In this document: piece after piece, positions 12,251-24,450 of the stretch
Layout of the letters: each line of letters begins with the position of its first letter
Numbering within the stretch: the stretch's first letter is position 1
Assembly (NCBI GenBank): GCA_964016885.1
Contig: OZ024742.1
Coordinates: 62,744,001 to 62,808,000, forward strand
Source of the DNA: Eledone cirrhosa
Lineage: Eukaryota
Length of the DNA stretch: 64,000 bases
Reading direction: 5' to 3'
Notes under the pieces: generated by a model
Told to the model about the DNA's origin: nothing
The model's database searches: none
Seen by the model: the letters and a program-made list of their open reading frames with translations, nothing else
Position numbers and translations under genes: made by a program

Positions 12251-12685
12251 CAGAAACTTAGATATTTTGAGAATGTGTTCAGCAAACAGTTCATTAAATT
12301 CTCACAGGAACCACTATACACCATTATTAATACCAGTGGTACCACACCATTTCACTGCCCCCAAAAGAAGGGACCTGATCGTCAGATCGGACCAATTAAA
12401 CACTGCTTCCATTAATTTTTCTATTGCTGATATTATTTGCTTGTCGCAGCTTCTGGCAGAAGGAATAATGTGTAATATAATATTTCGCCCCAAAACACAA
12501 TTCGTCGCCCGGTCCAGGAATCGAAACGACGGTCTTATGACGGTGAGTCCCACACCCTAACCATTTGGCCATGTAGCCTCTGCGACCGCTATTTATATTA
12601 TTGATTCCCAATCTCTTCTATCCCAAGCACCCCCTTTACTTAAATAACTTTAATTACTTCCGTCATTGATTGTTATACACAGATA

Positions 12686-12860
12686 ATAATGATTTCTACT
12701 ATAGACAGAAGGCCAGCAATTTTGAGGGAGGGGAAAGTTGATTAAATCGACCCCAGTGCATTACTGGGCTTTATTTTATCGACCTCCGTAATGATGAAAG
12801 GTAAAGCTAACCTCGGTGGGATTTGAACTCTATGCTGCAAAGCATGGTGTCTGACGCTAA
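12686..12860 (-). mobile_element. Meta-type SINE, longer and older variant
   Basis: Contains TTTTATCGACC..GATGAAAGG..GATTTGAACTC. Confidence 0.7.
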
Positions 12861-13214
12861 CCAAAAGAGAGAAATGTTTACATTTAGAGAAGAATTGATA
12901 CCGAATAGTGTGACTATGTTATGCTTTTAATAAATTACTTAAAACCTTTAACTTAGCGTCCTGAGCTCCAGATTGAGAACCGTTAATCAAGAGCAAGATA
13001 CCCCATTTTAGACAGTATCGATAGGACTACATAAGAGGTCAATAGAACTTCTTAAAAAAGTAATGAGCAGGAACACTTACAGTTAGCATTTGTTCGACGC
13101 TTTAACGACCCCGTATATCCGAACGTTTGTCGGTAAAATTGTAGATTGTGGATAAATAGGGCATTGAGTGTAAAATATAGTGGGATGGACATCCTTCGGT
13201 TTCGACATTGAGTG

Positions 13215-13450
13215 TTTCAGTTGTTTGATCAATGGAACTGTCTACACATGAAATTAACCGGCAAGGGGTTGATTATTCCTCAAACATATGTATATTTAGC
13301 AAAGTTCTCGAGGAGATTCAGTGTAACACTGTGTGGCAAGATTCGAACTTTGAATAACCGATACAACTAAAATGCACAGAGCGTCGCCTGCAGTCGAACT
13401 CCCGATCTCATGATCGTAAGCCGAACACCCTAACTATAAACTTACACGCT
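13215..13450 (-). mobile_element. tRNA/CORE-type SINE (OR-like), degenerate
   Basis: Head CGAACTC..GATCGTAAGCCGAACACCCTAAC. Tail shared with copies near 26030 and 45890. Confidence 0.6.
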
Positions 13451-13499
13451 TTCATACATACATGATGGCCGCAACTCGATTTCGTCTACTCCCTCCGAC

Positions 13500-13820
13500 A
13501 TGCGAGCAACTCTTTTGATATTTTCCCAGCTTGTTGACAGCGCATGGAAGCATGGAATGAGCGACATCCTTCGCATATTTATTTTCTCTACTTGTTTCTG
13601 CCTCCAGCCAGCATTTCCCAGTTGTGAAGGTCGAGATTGGATTGTGACAGCCTGTTCGTTAAATGTTTCTTAGGATTTTGTTGAGGCTTTTTTTCCTTCA
13701 GCCAGCTCTCTGAAAAGTATCTGCTTGGGGATACGGCTATCGTCAAGCTGTTTCAGATGTCCTGCCTAGCGAAGGCAGTGTTTGTGCATATGAGCTTCTA
13801 TGCTGAGTAAATTGTAAAAA
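13500..13820 (-). mobile_element. RTE/BovB-like LINE 3' fragment
   Basis: Minus-strand translation LR*AGHLKQLDDSRIPKQILFRELAEGK. Confidence 0.7.
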
Positions 13821-14321
13821 AAAACTTCAGCTTATACCCATAGACATAGACAGAAGGTTCCAAATAGGCTGTACCTGGTGCTGGCATGGCAATTGCTTTT
13901 ATCCAGACAGATTATCAGACGAAAGACAACCTGACCATGAGACATTGCATATCAGCGACAGTGCGAGACCAGGTCGCAGTCATCGGCGTAGAGGAGATCG
14001 CGGTAAAGAGTTTTTTAACTCTTTACCGCGATCTCCTCTACGCCGATGACTTAGTGGTTGTTACAGCTTCGATGGATCGAGTGATGTATTGTGTTCTTAA
14101 TGTATTATATATATATTGCTCATAGACAATTACTCGTGGTCTGCTCGAACGTTCATAGTTACGTTATATATATATTTATAAATATGTATGTGTGTGTATC
14201 CCGGGTTCAATCGGGGGTAACCACAGTAAGTAAGGTATTCAATACATAGTAGAGTATATACAATATTTAATATAGAAATGGCTTCTACAGGACTAGAAGC
14301 CATTTCTATATTAAGCATTAC

Positions 14322-14334
<13 letters not shown>

Positions 14335-14395
<61 letters not shown>
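14335..14395. repeat. (TG)n microsatellite
   Basis: About 30 perfect TG units. Confidence 0.97.
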
Positions 14396-14397
<2 letters not shown>

Positions 14398-14399
14398 AC

Positions 14400-17300
14400 T
14401 GGCAAGAAAGTAATTTCGATTTTTTAGTGTGAAAATAAATCTTTTTTTTTTTTCATACAAAGAATGAACTTTAATCAAATTATTATAGTTCATTCTTACA
14501 ACAACAAAAACTTTTTGGTCTGGTGCCTGGAATATTTCAACGAATTCTTAAGTGATTTTGCCTGCTAAATTAAAAAATAACTTCAGCTTTTCTCTATCAA
14601 GTCTAATTTTCTGACTAGACCTGATAGAGTAAGTAGTTTATTCATACAAGAGACATATAATATGAATCAATAAAGAGAGCATAACACAAAACAAAACAAA
14701 GTCTAAATAAAAATTCAAAATTGAAAATGCACATTGGCAAAGATTTTTGGCAGAAAATTCAAGGAATAAATTTATGCTTCTTTGTGCACTGTGAATGTTG
14801 AGCAACAGGAGTATCTCGTTTTAAACACCAGCAATAGTCTGCCATCATCACAGCGTCCCAACGTCCATCAAAAATCCCTGCTTTAAGTTTTTCAATCATA
14901 TAGTCTGGAAATACACTGCAGTTTACTTGAAGCACTCCCCCTTTTTGTCAAGAACTTTGACGAATTGCTTGATCAATCCGAGTTTGATGTGCAAAGCGGA
15001 GAAAATGATCTTATCTCGCTCAACTAAAGGTTCTTCCAATATATTGGCAGCTCTACATGGATCCATATTTGTTCGAGGCGGCCAGTCTTTCTTAACATAG
15101 TGGTTTACTCGGTCTCTATTGTCCCACATGCAAAGAAAGCATGGGTATATGGTATAACCAGATTGCTGTCCTATGAGAAAATTCACCATCTTTAAGTCAA
15201 CGCAGATGACCCATTTATGATCATGATACAGTATCTTCTAAAACCAACTTAATTTCTTCATATTTTTCCTTCAGAGTCCTTGAGTGGCCAAGTGGGACAG
15301 AGCCATACACATTTCCGTTGTGCAACAATGCACATTTTAAACTACGCTTAGAGCTGTCTATGAAAAGACGCTATTCCTCTGGTTTGTATTCCTCAATGCC
15401 AAGTTTATTAAGAAGCCCACTGACATCCCTGCCGTAAACCAGCTCTTCCTCTTTTGTGAAGAAAGAAAAGAACTCTTCACGCTGACTCCGATAAAAGGTT
15501 ATACAGACACCATTCTCTAGAAGATTCTTCTCTTTCAGTCGGGAAGCCAACAGTTCTGCAGAATTGTTTGGGAGGTTCAAGTCACGAACTAGATCATTCA
15601 GTCTTAATCTCTAGTGTCATCTTCAGGTGTTGAATTTTCTTTGTTTGAGGGTAAAGTTATCTGAGGCCAGACATTAAAGACAGGAACGGGAAGCTCTTCA
15701 CTGTGTGGAACCGGTCTAATAGCAGAGGCAAGATTAGGATAGACAAGCGTTTGTCGATTTTTTTCCGGTTAATACCGTTCAAATTTAGGTTACCAAAATA
15801 GCAGTCGTCCACGTGGTTATAGGGCTCCCGCCATACCATTGCTATAGGTAACCTCATACTTTTCCTTGTCCCTTTAGTCCATTGTCGAAAATGTTCTGTA
15901 CATTGTTTGCAGACACTATGCGGTGCCCAATATTTATCTTGGTCTCCCAGCTTGACCCCAAAATATGCCATATACGCTCTTTCAACAAAATCATTTCGAT
16001 TTTCAGGTAATGTGTATTCTCCACAAATATAACAAAACACATTTGGAGAATTAACGCAACACTTTCTTGAAGAGGACATCTTGGTCATTTTCTATTGCTT
16101 AATTCACTACAACAAATAAAAAGTATGGAAAAAGAAAAAAACTTAGAATTAAAATAAGGTAACGAACACTGCGTACTGGACGTACACACATACATAGTAA
16201 CTATAGGGATGTTCAATAACTTAAAAACTAGAGCTGATAGGTCAAAAAGGAGGTTATATCAGGATTCAGGAGACCGATTTTGTATAGGAATGATGTCTAT
16301 TTCCTAAACACCAAAAACTTTGTAGACCAGTGTTTACCATTTTGCTCAATGACCTTTTGCCATCTTTCTGGAAACTTCATGATTCAGCGCTCATAGAACT
16401 TCTGGTCCTTAGCCAAAAACTGAAGCAAGTACCATTTCAAGTCATCATCATTATTGAAAGTTTTTTTACCATTCAAAGAATTTGCAAACTTCTAAATAAA
16501 TGGTAATCTGATGGTCGTAGGTCAGAGCTATATTGTGGATGTGACATCACTTCCCAACCAAGCTCCAATAATTTTTCACGAGTTAGCAAAGACGTGTGTG
16601 GTCTAGTGCTGTCATGGTGGAACACGATTCCTTTACGATTTGCCAATTTTGGCCGTTTTTCTTTGATTGCTTCCTTTAGTTTCATTAGTTGTTGACAGTA
16701 AACATCTGAATTGATCGTCTGGTTCCTTGGAAGCAACTCAAAATACACAACACCTTTATAATCCCACCAAATTGACAGCATGACCTTTTTTTTATGCAAT
16801 TCAGCTTTCGATGTGGTTTGTGCTGGTTCATTACGCTTGGACTATGATCTTTTTCGATTGATGTTATTGTAGACAATCCATTTTTCATCACCAGTGATGA
16901 TTCATTTAAAAAAAAAAGGTTGATTTCATTGCGTTTGAGATGCATATCGCAACTATTGATTCGTTGTGTTAAGTGAATCTCTTTCTTAACGAGTACAAGA
17001 CATTTTAAGTGATTTCATTGTTGTGTGTGATACATTTAACCTCTCTGCAATCTCTCGCACAGTTATATGACAACCAGATTCAATTGTGGCTTTGATTCGG
17101 TCATCAACTTCAGTAGGTCGACCAGAAGGTTGATCATCTTTGAGTGAAAAATCTCCAGAACGAAATTTTTAAACCCATTTCTGACATGTGCATTCTGTTA
17201 AGCAATAAACACCATAAACTTCACATATCTCTTTGTGAACCTCAGCAGCTTTCTTGCCTTTACGGAAATAAAAAAGCAAAATATAGCAAAAATGTTCGTT

Positions 17301-17500
17301 AAAATTGACCCTGAACTAACAGCTGTAAACAAAATTATGCACAATTTGCTTCTAAAGTAAGCTAAAAGTAACGGCTATCAAACGTCAAAAGGAAAATATC
17401 ATAACATTGACAAAAGTCATTAAAAAAGAAAATCGTACCTCAATCTATTTGCGTAAAGCGAAATTATTTTCTTGCCAATTGGGTTGGCAAGAAAGTAATG
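14400..17500 (-). mobile_element. Mariner (DD34D) transposon, degenerate, interrupted by a nested element at ~14498-16332
   Basis: TIR TGGCAAGAAAGTAATTTCG at ~14400 and its inverse CGAAATTATTTTCTTGCCAA at ~17459-17478. Transposase at ~16335-17300 reads ILLFYFRKGKKAAEVHKEICEVYG, KKVMLSIWWD, VFHHD, SDLRPSDYHLFRSLQ. Confidence 0.9.
14498..16332 (-). mobile_element. Chapaev3-like (CMC superfamily) DNA transposon, internally deleted
   Basis: FCYICGE..LGDQDKYWAPHSVCKQC..WREPYNHVDDCYF; AELLASRLKEKNLL; LFIDSS; CVDLKMVNFLIGQQSGYTIYPCFLC; LHIKLGLIKQFVK; MADYCW. Terminus reads CACTG on the minus strand at 16332. The family name rests on recalled protein similarity. Confidence 0.72.
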
Positions 17501-17864
17501 TATATATACATGTATATTTGTATGTATATGTATATATATATATGTGTGTGTGTATATATATATTGTTATACTTTCTGTCCTACACCATCTTGTTTTGGGT
17601 GTAGGACAAAATAAAGAGGAGACACACAAAATAAAAACTTAGTCACTGAGGAGGTCACAGAATGTGTGACGAAATAGCTTTGACAATATATAAACAACCT
17701 TCCGGTTATCGAACCAGCCAACCAGCCGGAAACTTATAATGAATTGAAGTGAAAAACCAACAGGTGCCTGTGTTTTTATTGACAGCATGACCGTCCCAAA
17801 GTATAACAATATCTGTTTCAACACACATTTTCAGATAAGAAGTCTTGCAAAACAAATTCAAAAG

Positions 17865-17915
<51 letters not shown>

Positions 17916-17979
17916 ATATTTTAGGAGGGTCATGCTGCCTCCAATAAAAACACACGCATCCTACAGTATATAACAACGT

Positions 17980-18162
17980 TGGCCCTATGAATTGCGGTTA
18001 CAGCTTATTTTTGTTTAGTTGAGTTGACTGGAGCAACGTGAAATAATGTGTTGCCCAAGGAAATAATGTGTTGCTCAAGGAAATAATGCCTTGCCGAGAA
18101 TCGAACTCACGAGCTTACAATCGTGATTCAAATACCCTAACGAGTAAGCCGCACGTCTTCAC
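17980..18162 (-). mobile_element. CORE-type tRNA SINE with an internal 20-bp tandem duplication
   Basis: TTGCTCAAGG (CORE-like), GAATCGAACTC B-box, AAATAATGTGTTGC(C/T)CAAGG twice. Confidence 0.7.
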
Positions 18163-18349
18163 ACGAAAAAAAAATATTAGTCAATTATTGATATTTTTTT
18201 CTCAACACGTGATTATTTGTCATTAGTCTTTTTATTTTCTCTGCCTTAATTATGTCAACACTATTAGTCTGTCTAGTTATCTGTCTTGTAGCATAATTGT
18301 TTCTGCTTAGCATTTTGACACCCCTTTCACTAAATACATTAACATTAAT

Positions 18350-18530
18350 TTGGCAGTATCGGTAGAGGGTCGGACGCCATGCTTTCCAGCATAGTTACGT
18401 CCCTTTACGATCTGAGTTCAAATCCCGCCGAGGTTAACTTTGCCTTTCATCCTTACGGGGTCGATAAAATAAAATACCAGTAATGAACTGGGTAATTGCT
18501 GGCCTTGTGCCTAAAGTAGAAACAATTAAT
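18350..18530 (+). mobile_element. Meta-type SINE
   Basis: Near-identical to the 7925 copy. Confidence 0.88.
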
Positions 18531-18602
18531 TATTGAGGATGGAGTTTCTGAGTGGTTATCTCTAAGAATAATTGGAAGCATTCGAAGATAAACAATTTCT
18601 TA

Positions 18603-18830
18603 TGAACTCTTTTAATAACAATCCAGTCAAAACCGGTGCCGGTTCTATGAATCACATCACTCATTTTTAAGGGATCCTATCTGAATTAAAATCTTCTAGC
18701 ACAACTTTATAATAAGAACCTTTTGATAAGTTATGTTGCCATTCTTAATAATGAAATATTTTAATAATTTTAGCAAATCCCTCGAAATACTTCATTGTAT
18801 TTCATTAAGAATATAGCCACAAAGGGTTAA
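18603..18830. mobile_element. Short non-autonomous element with an AAAGGGTTAA end (piggyBac-like MITE); relatives at ~35270-35430 and ~52610-52680
   Basis: Shared internal GGTTCTATGAA..CCATT(T/C)TAA(A)GG and TTAA-CC(C)TT-type ends. Confidence 0.45.
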
Positions 18831-19297
18831 TTTTAAGTTACCTCCCTTGGATGATCACTATCATTATCAATATCATATTACATTAGATGGACGGTGAATT
18901 TGCAGGGTCGGTGTTTGTACTGGATGTTTGCATCAAACCTTATCACGGGCAACTTTGTCTTAAATCATTCCAAAATTAAAGTACCAGTTAAGTACAGGGA
19001 TCGATATAATCGACTTTGTCTACCACAAAATTGTTGGCCTTGTACCAAAAATAGAAATTGTATTATCTTACAAGGGAGATAACTTTGCAAGCACTATGTA
19101 ATTTTATGATTTATTTCCCTTTGGTTACGATGATACCAGAGCATAAACTTCAGATATTTTTTTCTTTTTTAGTTTTCGTTAGCCAACAGGATTAAGGCCA
19201 TGCTTTAGCAACATCTTCAGCTATCTATTTTAATTTGTTAAAACTGTCTTAGTTACTGACATGCCTTTATGTGTCTGTACAGGATGGGGTGTGAATG

Positions 19298-19520
19298 CGG
19301 GTAGCTTAGTGTTTACGGTGTTCGGCGCACGTGTGTAAGGTCGTTGTTTTGATTCCCGGCGGAATGTGACATCCTTGAGTTAAGCATTTTATTTCATGTC
19401 GCTCCAGTTCACACAATTGGAAAAATATTAGATATACCTATGATTCAAAAGTCCAGCTTTGTCACACATTGTGTCAAGCTGAATCTCCCTTAGAGTTATA
19501 TTAACTTTACACGTGTCTAA
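19298..19520 (+). mobile_element. CORE-type tRNA SINE
   Basis: AGCTTAGTG..TTGATTCCC..TCCTTGAG..TTTATTTCA..GCTCCAGT. Confidence 0.65.
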
Positions 19521-19655
19521 ATAATTGTTTTTATTTTTGGCACAAGGCCAGCAATTACCCCAGTGCATTACTGGTGCTTTATTTTATTGACCCTGTAAGG
19601 ATGAAAGGTAAAGTTAACCTCGGTGGGATTTGAACTCAGAACGTAAAGGGCCATA
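19520..19655 (-). mobile_element. Meta-type SINE, 5'-truncated
   Basis: Reverse complement of the tail, core and B-box. Confidence 0.8.
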
Positions 19656-20759
19656 ACTTTATTTTATTGTAGCACTTTATGAACAGTGGATTGGTAGAGT
19701 TGTGAGAGTTTCGAACAAATGCTTAACTATTCATTCCTGCTCATTATTTTCTGAGTTCAAATCCCATCGAATGCTTTTCATTCTTCCAGCTAAAGAAACA
19801 ATAATTTTATGTATTTTCATTTCCTATATAAATATCAGGTTTTGGCCAAAATGTTCTATCGGCCTCGTAGGAAGTCCTATCGACGCCTGGAAAGATTGGT
19901 ACTATCCACTTTGAGGGTTTTCGCTCTAGATTAGCAGTTTCCTGGGCAAATTTAACGGTCTGTTTGCTAAATCTATTTTATTTCCTAAAGTGTAAATTAC
20001 TATCTGGTGATGGGGGGGGGGGGGGGGCTACTTGCCAAACTCATCAGGAGCACTTTAAAGCTTTGTTTGTGCTTGATTAGATTGAGGCAACTCCAACTAA
20101 TGCATCTGTGACATTACGAACAGAGGTCACCTATGAACAACGATCATAACAATTGCCCAATAAATGCATCCACAACAGCGCAAACAGAGCCACCCCATGC
20201 ACGATTATTATAGACGTTTGATGCAAATATTGTCAACCAGTCATGATTTCAACGTGGGGCACCATATATGCGAGAACCAGATACTAGATCAAGATCTGAC
20301 TTGATCATGCCAATAAACAGTTTTCAGCTGTCTACCTCACCGTTCTATGCCAGCTGAGGAAGTGGCTGGTGTGATTCTAGCACGGCTGAATTCCCATCAA
20401 AGGCAGCAAAGTGCGTGGCCGAACAACGGAGGTGTCTTTGTGTAGGAATTGCTAGAGGGAAAACAGAACAGAAACAAGCAACTACGTGATAGGAATAAAT
20501 TTCCCTGCGGCTGAGAACTTTTATGTAATCAAATATATAATACATCAAAACTGTACATACTGACGTATGTCCTCTTTCCTTTAAATTGCTTCTATACATC
20601 ATTTGAATTACTGTGAGAGGTTGAAATAATTTACCCTACCCTCTGAAACGAAGAAAATAGACATATACTCTATTTACATCTGGAATGCTCTAAAAGGACT
20701 AAATGTTATGCCTCGTACATACTGAGGATCTCTCTTAGAAAACATTCATTCTCAGTACT

Positions 20760-21370
20760 TCCACCTTCAAAAATTAATGACCTCCAATAAGACTTAAGTG
20801 AGGTACACAATGGAGTACTGCTCGGACATCTGGAACGGTGCTGCTGTTGCTCATGCTGACATCCAAGACAGTATCCAGGAAAAAAAAAATAGCCATTTAG
20901 TTTATCGGTTTAAAGTCTCTCTCTGACACTTTCCAGCCTCTATCTTAAAGACATTCTGTTCCCTTCCTCAGCTTATTCTACCGCCATTGCAATGACTCAC
21001 TCGCCTCACCTCCTCTCATTACCCATGCTGTGTCCAGTACTAATCACTACATCCAGTCCATCCTGCCCAGAAGGGCATCCCTCAGGAACTCCCTCTACTC
21101 GTTTATCTCGGCTTCATCCTCCCATTACCCATGCTTTGTCCAGTATTAACAACTACACCCAGTCATCTCCCCACCAAATAAAAGAAACGTCTTTTCCCCG
21201 AGAACGTTCACTCTACTCTTTAATCTTTCATTCAGACGCCACACTAACTATTACACACAGTCTTTCTCTCACGGAATGTCAACCATCTTGAACCCTTTCC
21301 CTGCCGAACCCTAACCACAAAAGAGAAGACCTGCAACAATTTAAACGGGAAATCAACAACATCGATCTCA
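20760..21370 (+). mobile_element. Degenerate CR1-type LINE 3' end
   Basis: Remnants resembling MEYCSDIW, LSLFY, SFPRT and DLQQFKREINNIDL. Confidence 0.5.
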
Positions 21371-22399
21371 TTGGTTTCGGCCTGCGGCCAACATCTACTA
21401 GTTAATTTCTGTCAAGATAACTCTAAAGTAACAAATCACTGCATCGGCCCTAGAGTAAATGATGTTATGTCTGAGTGTGTGCGTATCTATGTGAGTGTAT
21501 GCGTTTGTGTGAACTGTATACAATCAACAAAAACTGCTTGCTTCACGTACGGGAGGTAACTCAGCTTGCCTTAACGTACAACTTATAGCTTCAGAATTTA
21601 ACGTGTTTATGTAATGAAATGATTGACATGATATTTCGTTGTTTTGAGTTCGACATTTGATAGTAGTAGTAGTAGTAGTAGTAGTGGTAGTAGTAGTTGC
21701 TGTTTTTGTTGCTCTTATTTAGTCCAAAATCAGGATGGCTCAAGCAGTCTTCGTCTCAAAACCGATCCAGCCATGACCATTCTTTCTTTTTTTTTTTCTC
21801 AGACTTTTATATCATTTTTATAAGTGCGGTGTGATGGATATTTACCTGCTATTTCTAGCAGGTCAAGCAACATCACCTATGAACATCACCTTAGATTCAG
21901 TCTGGAGTCTACGGAAAGTACTTCTCACCTTTGGTTGTACCACCCCAAAAATAAAACGGCAGTAAGGTCTAGGTGGTTAAATAATTAAATAAAAACATAT
22001 TCGGTGTCACACTAGGGTGGATTAAGCTTGCATAGGGCACCCTGCATATCATTGGAGCCTTGTATATTATTTATTATAACAAAATAATTAATTTGGGGTT
22101 TTTTAAATATTATGGGGAACTTTAAATATTGTGAGGCGCACCGGCTGAAAATGTCATCAAGGCTTTGCATAATATTTATGGTAGCAAAAACTTAAATTCG
22201 GGAACCTTAAAATATTGTGAGAGACATAAATATTGGGAGAGGGGGATCTTTAAAAATGGTGATCCCTACGTAGAGGTCAGTCAGACACTTACCCACTAAT
22301 CTGCCAATATACTGAATTGAAAAAATTCGTTCAGCAAAGATTTTTCGAGCACTTTGCACCATCATTAGTGTCTGTTGTACTTTGAAGGTGATGGTGGCA

Positions 22400-23860
22400 A
22401 AAATCTTTCCATCTCTGTCAATCTCTTTGCTTCGTGCTATGGAGCCATCATTTCTTTGTTAGCCCTTCTTACAAGTTTTGTGTTTGTGTGGTTGGTTGTT
22501 GTGGTAGTGTGTGTTTGCGTTTGCTTGGATGTGTTGCTGGCGGTAGAGGTGTTAGTGTTGGTGGTGTTTGAGTTGTGAATGCATCTGTGTTAGTTGTATG
22601 TGTTGAGTCTGCGTTTTCTATTGTGTATGATGTCAAATGCTTTTATCTTGTGTTTTCGTTTTTGTTCTTTTGGTTTGGGTTCCTCTCGTCTTCACTTCGA
22701 GATAAGGAGGTCCTGTTGTCTGTAGTAGTGGGAGTGTTTGTGTGGGTGTCTATGTGTGGGGGGGGTGTTTAGAGGAGACGGAGAGAGACAGTGGAAGAGG
22801 GCGAGCTTTTTGGGGGGACTCCTGAGTGATTTTTTTTTTTTAGTTTGTTGCTGCTGTTGGTGATGCTGTTGGTTTTTTTGGCGCTACAGTTGTTGATATT
22901 GTTCGCTGTTGTTGATGTTATTGCTGTGGCTGTCGAGTCCCTAGTGTTGGAAGCAAGGGGGTTATGTGGCTCCCCGTCTTCTGTTCAGAGCAGACAGATC
23001 TTAAGTAACCCGTTTCTCCGCAGAGTTGACAACGGAATTTTTTGCGACTCAATGACATTGCTTAGCATCACGCCATCTGGTAGGTGAATGAGGTGAGGAA
23101 TGTTCTTCATCTTTTTTGGTTCAATATGTAACAGAATTTCAAAATAAATCCCCGACAAGTGTTCCCTCCGGGCGCACATGACTTCCATGGGTGCGTTGCT
23201 ACACCCCCCCCCCCCCCCCAAACACACACATGCCAGGATCCACCAGATGTCCAATCCTAGCGAGATAGCTCTGATTCTGACCCTTAGGGTTCTTCTTCCT
23301 TGCTACGAAGAGTATAATACGTATTGGTCTGTCCAAACGGAGACCACAGAATACTTGACAGGCAGCGCTTCTGGTTTGAAGAACACTGAATGGCTGTGTA
23401 ATGTTTTGCTCGGGCAATATGCTCTATATCGGGCATAATGTCTTCCAGTGCTCTTTCGCACTTACTTTGAGCGATTTTATTGCAACAATTCTGTAAATAA
23501 AGGTTCTTTTTATTTTTGCTGCAGACATTTCGTGTAGGACGGCTATTTCCACTTTTGTATTTTGCCACTTGATTATGTAGGTGCCTTGTGTTGAGAGGTT
23601 GTTGTTTTTAATGTCCAGAACGAATAGTTCAGTGGTTTTCGTGGACGTTGCTGCGATGTGGTTTTGTGTTGTTTTTGCAATTCTAGTTGTCCTTGTTGTT
23701 GCCGTTGTTACTATGCTGTTGTTTTTGTTGCTTTGCTACCCGTCCGATGATTTGAATGGCCAGAGTTTCTTGCAACCCGGAGATTGTGGTTCTGTATATA
23801 GTTGGTGTTATCGTGACTAGTTAGTTCTCTGATCTTTTTGCTGTTGGTGGCCATTATTTT
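22400..23860 (-). mobile_element. ORF1 region of a Tx1-type LINE in inverted orientation, degenerate
   Basis: ATGGCCACCAAC at ~23854; IPHLIHLPDGV resembles IPDVIDLGNGS of copy 2; knuckle remnant CQLCGETGYLRSVC near 22990-23030; Thr/Gln-rich arms. Confidence 0.7.
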
Positions 23861-23899
23861 ATTAAGTCCTCTAGGTTTAGTGTTGTCGAAAATGAGAAC

Positions 23900-24280
23900 T
23901 TAACAGTGGAAAGGAAGATGAGAGTGGAGAGAGAAAGCTGCCCCTCAGTATATTTGTTCAAAGGTGGGTGAATGTTTCGAGAATGGCCCTGTGAATTGGC
24001 CTACGCTGACCTTGCGCGTATCGGCTGGCTCGTTTAGAGAAGAAAGAGACGTTCTTGGAAAGTAGAATGATTTAGGATTGGATGGCTTCCTGAGTCAGCC
24101 CTGGGTGGTACTTCCCCCTACTGGAGAATTTGTTATAATTTTATTGCTAATTATTATCTGTTATCTTCGTTTTACTCGATTTTTTATTTTTTTTGTTTTT
24201 TTGTAAACCTCCAGTCTTAGACTTTTATATTGACCCCTATATATCGGCCCTTGTGGCCTATAAAGAAATTATTATTTTTA
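23900..24280 (+). mobile_element. Tx1-type LINE copy 3: extreme 3' end only
   Basis: RKMRVERE..FVQRWVNVSRMA homologous to 1135-1250 and 7540-7650. Ends GGCCCTTGTGGCCTATAAAGAAATTATTATT. Confidence 0.8.
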
Positions 24281-24287
24281 TTTTCAT

Positions 24288-24450
24288 CGGTGGAGCTGCG
24301 GACACTATGCTTCGTGGCATTAAGTTACGGCCCTTTACATTCAGATTTCAAATCCCGCCGAGGGATCGATAAATAAAGCACCAGTAATGCACTGGGGTAA
24401 TTGCTGGCCTTGTACCAAGACTAGAAACAATCATTTTATTATTATTACAT
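24288..24450 (+). mobile_element. Meta-type SINE, internally deleted
   Basis: GTTACGGCCCTTTAC..TCAAATCCCGCCGAGG..GCTGGCCTTGTACC..TAGAAACAAT. Confidence 0.78.
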
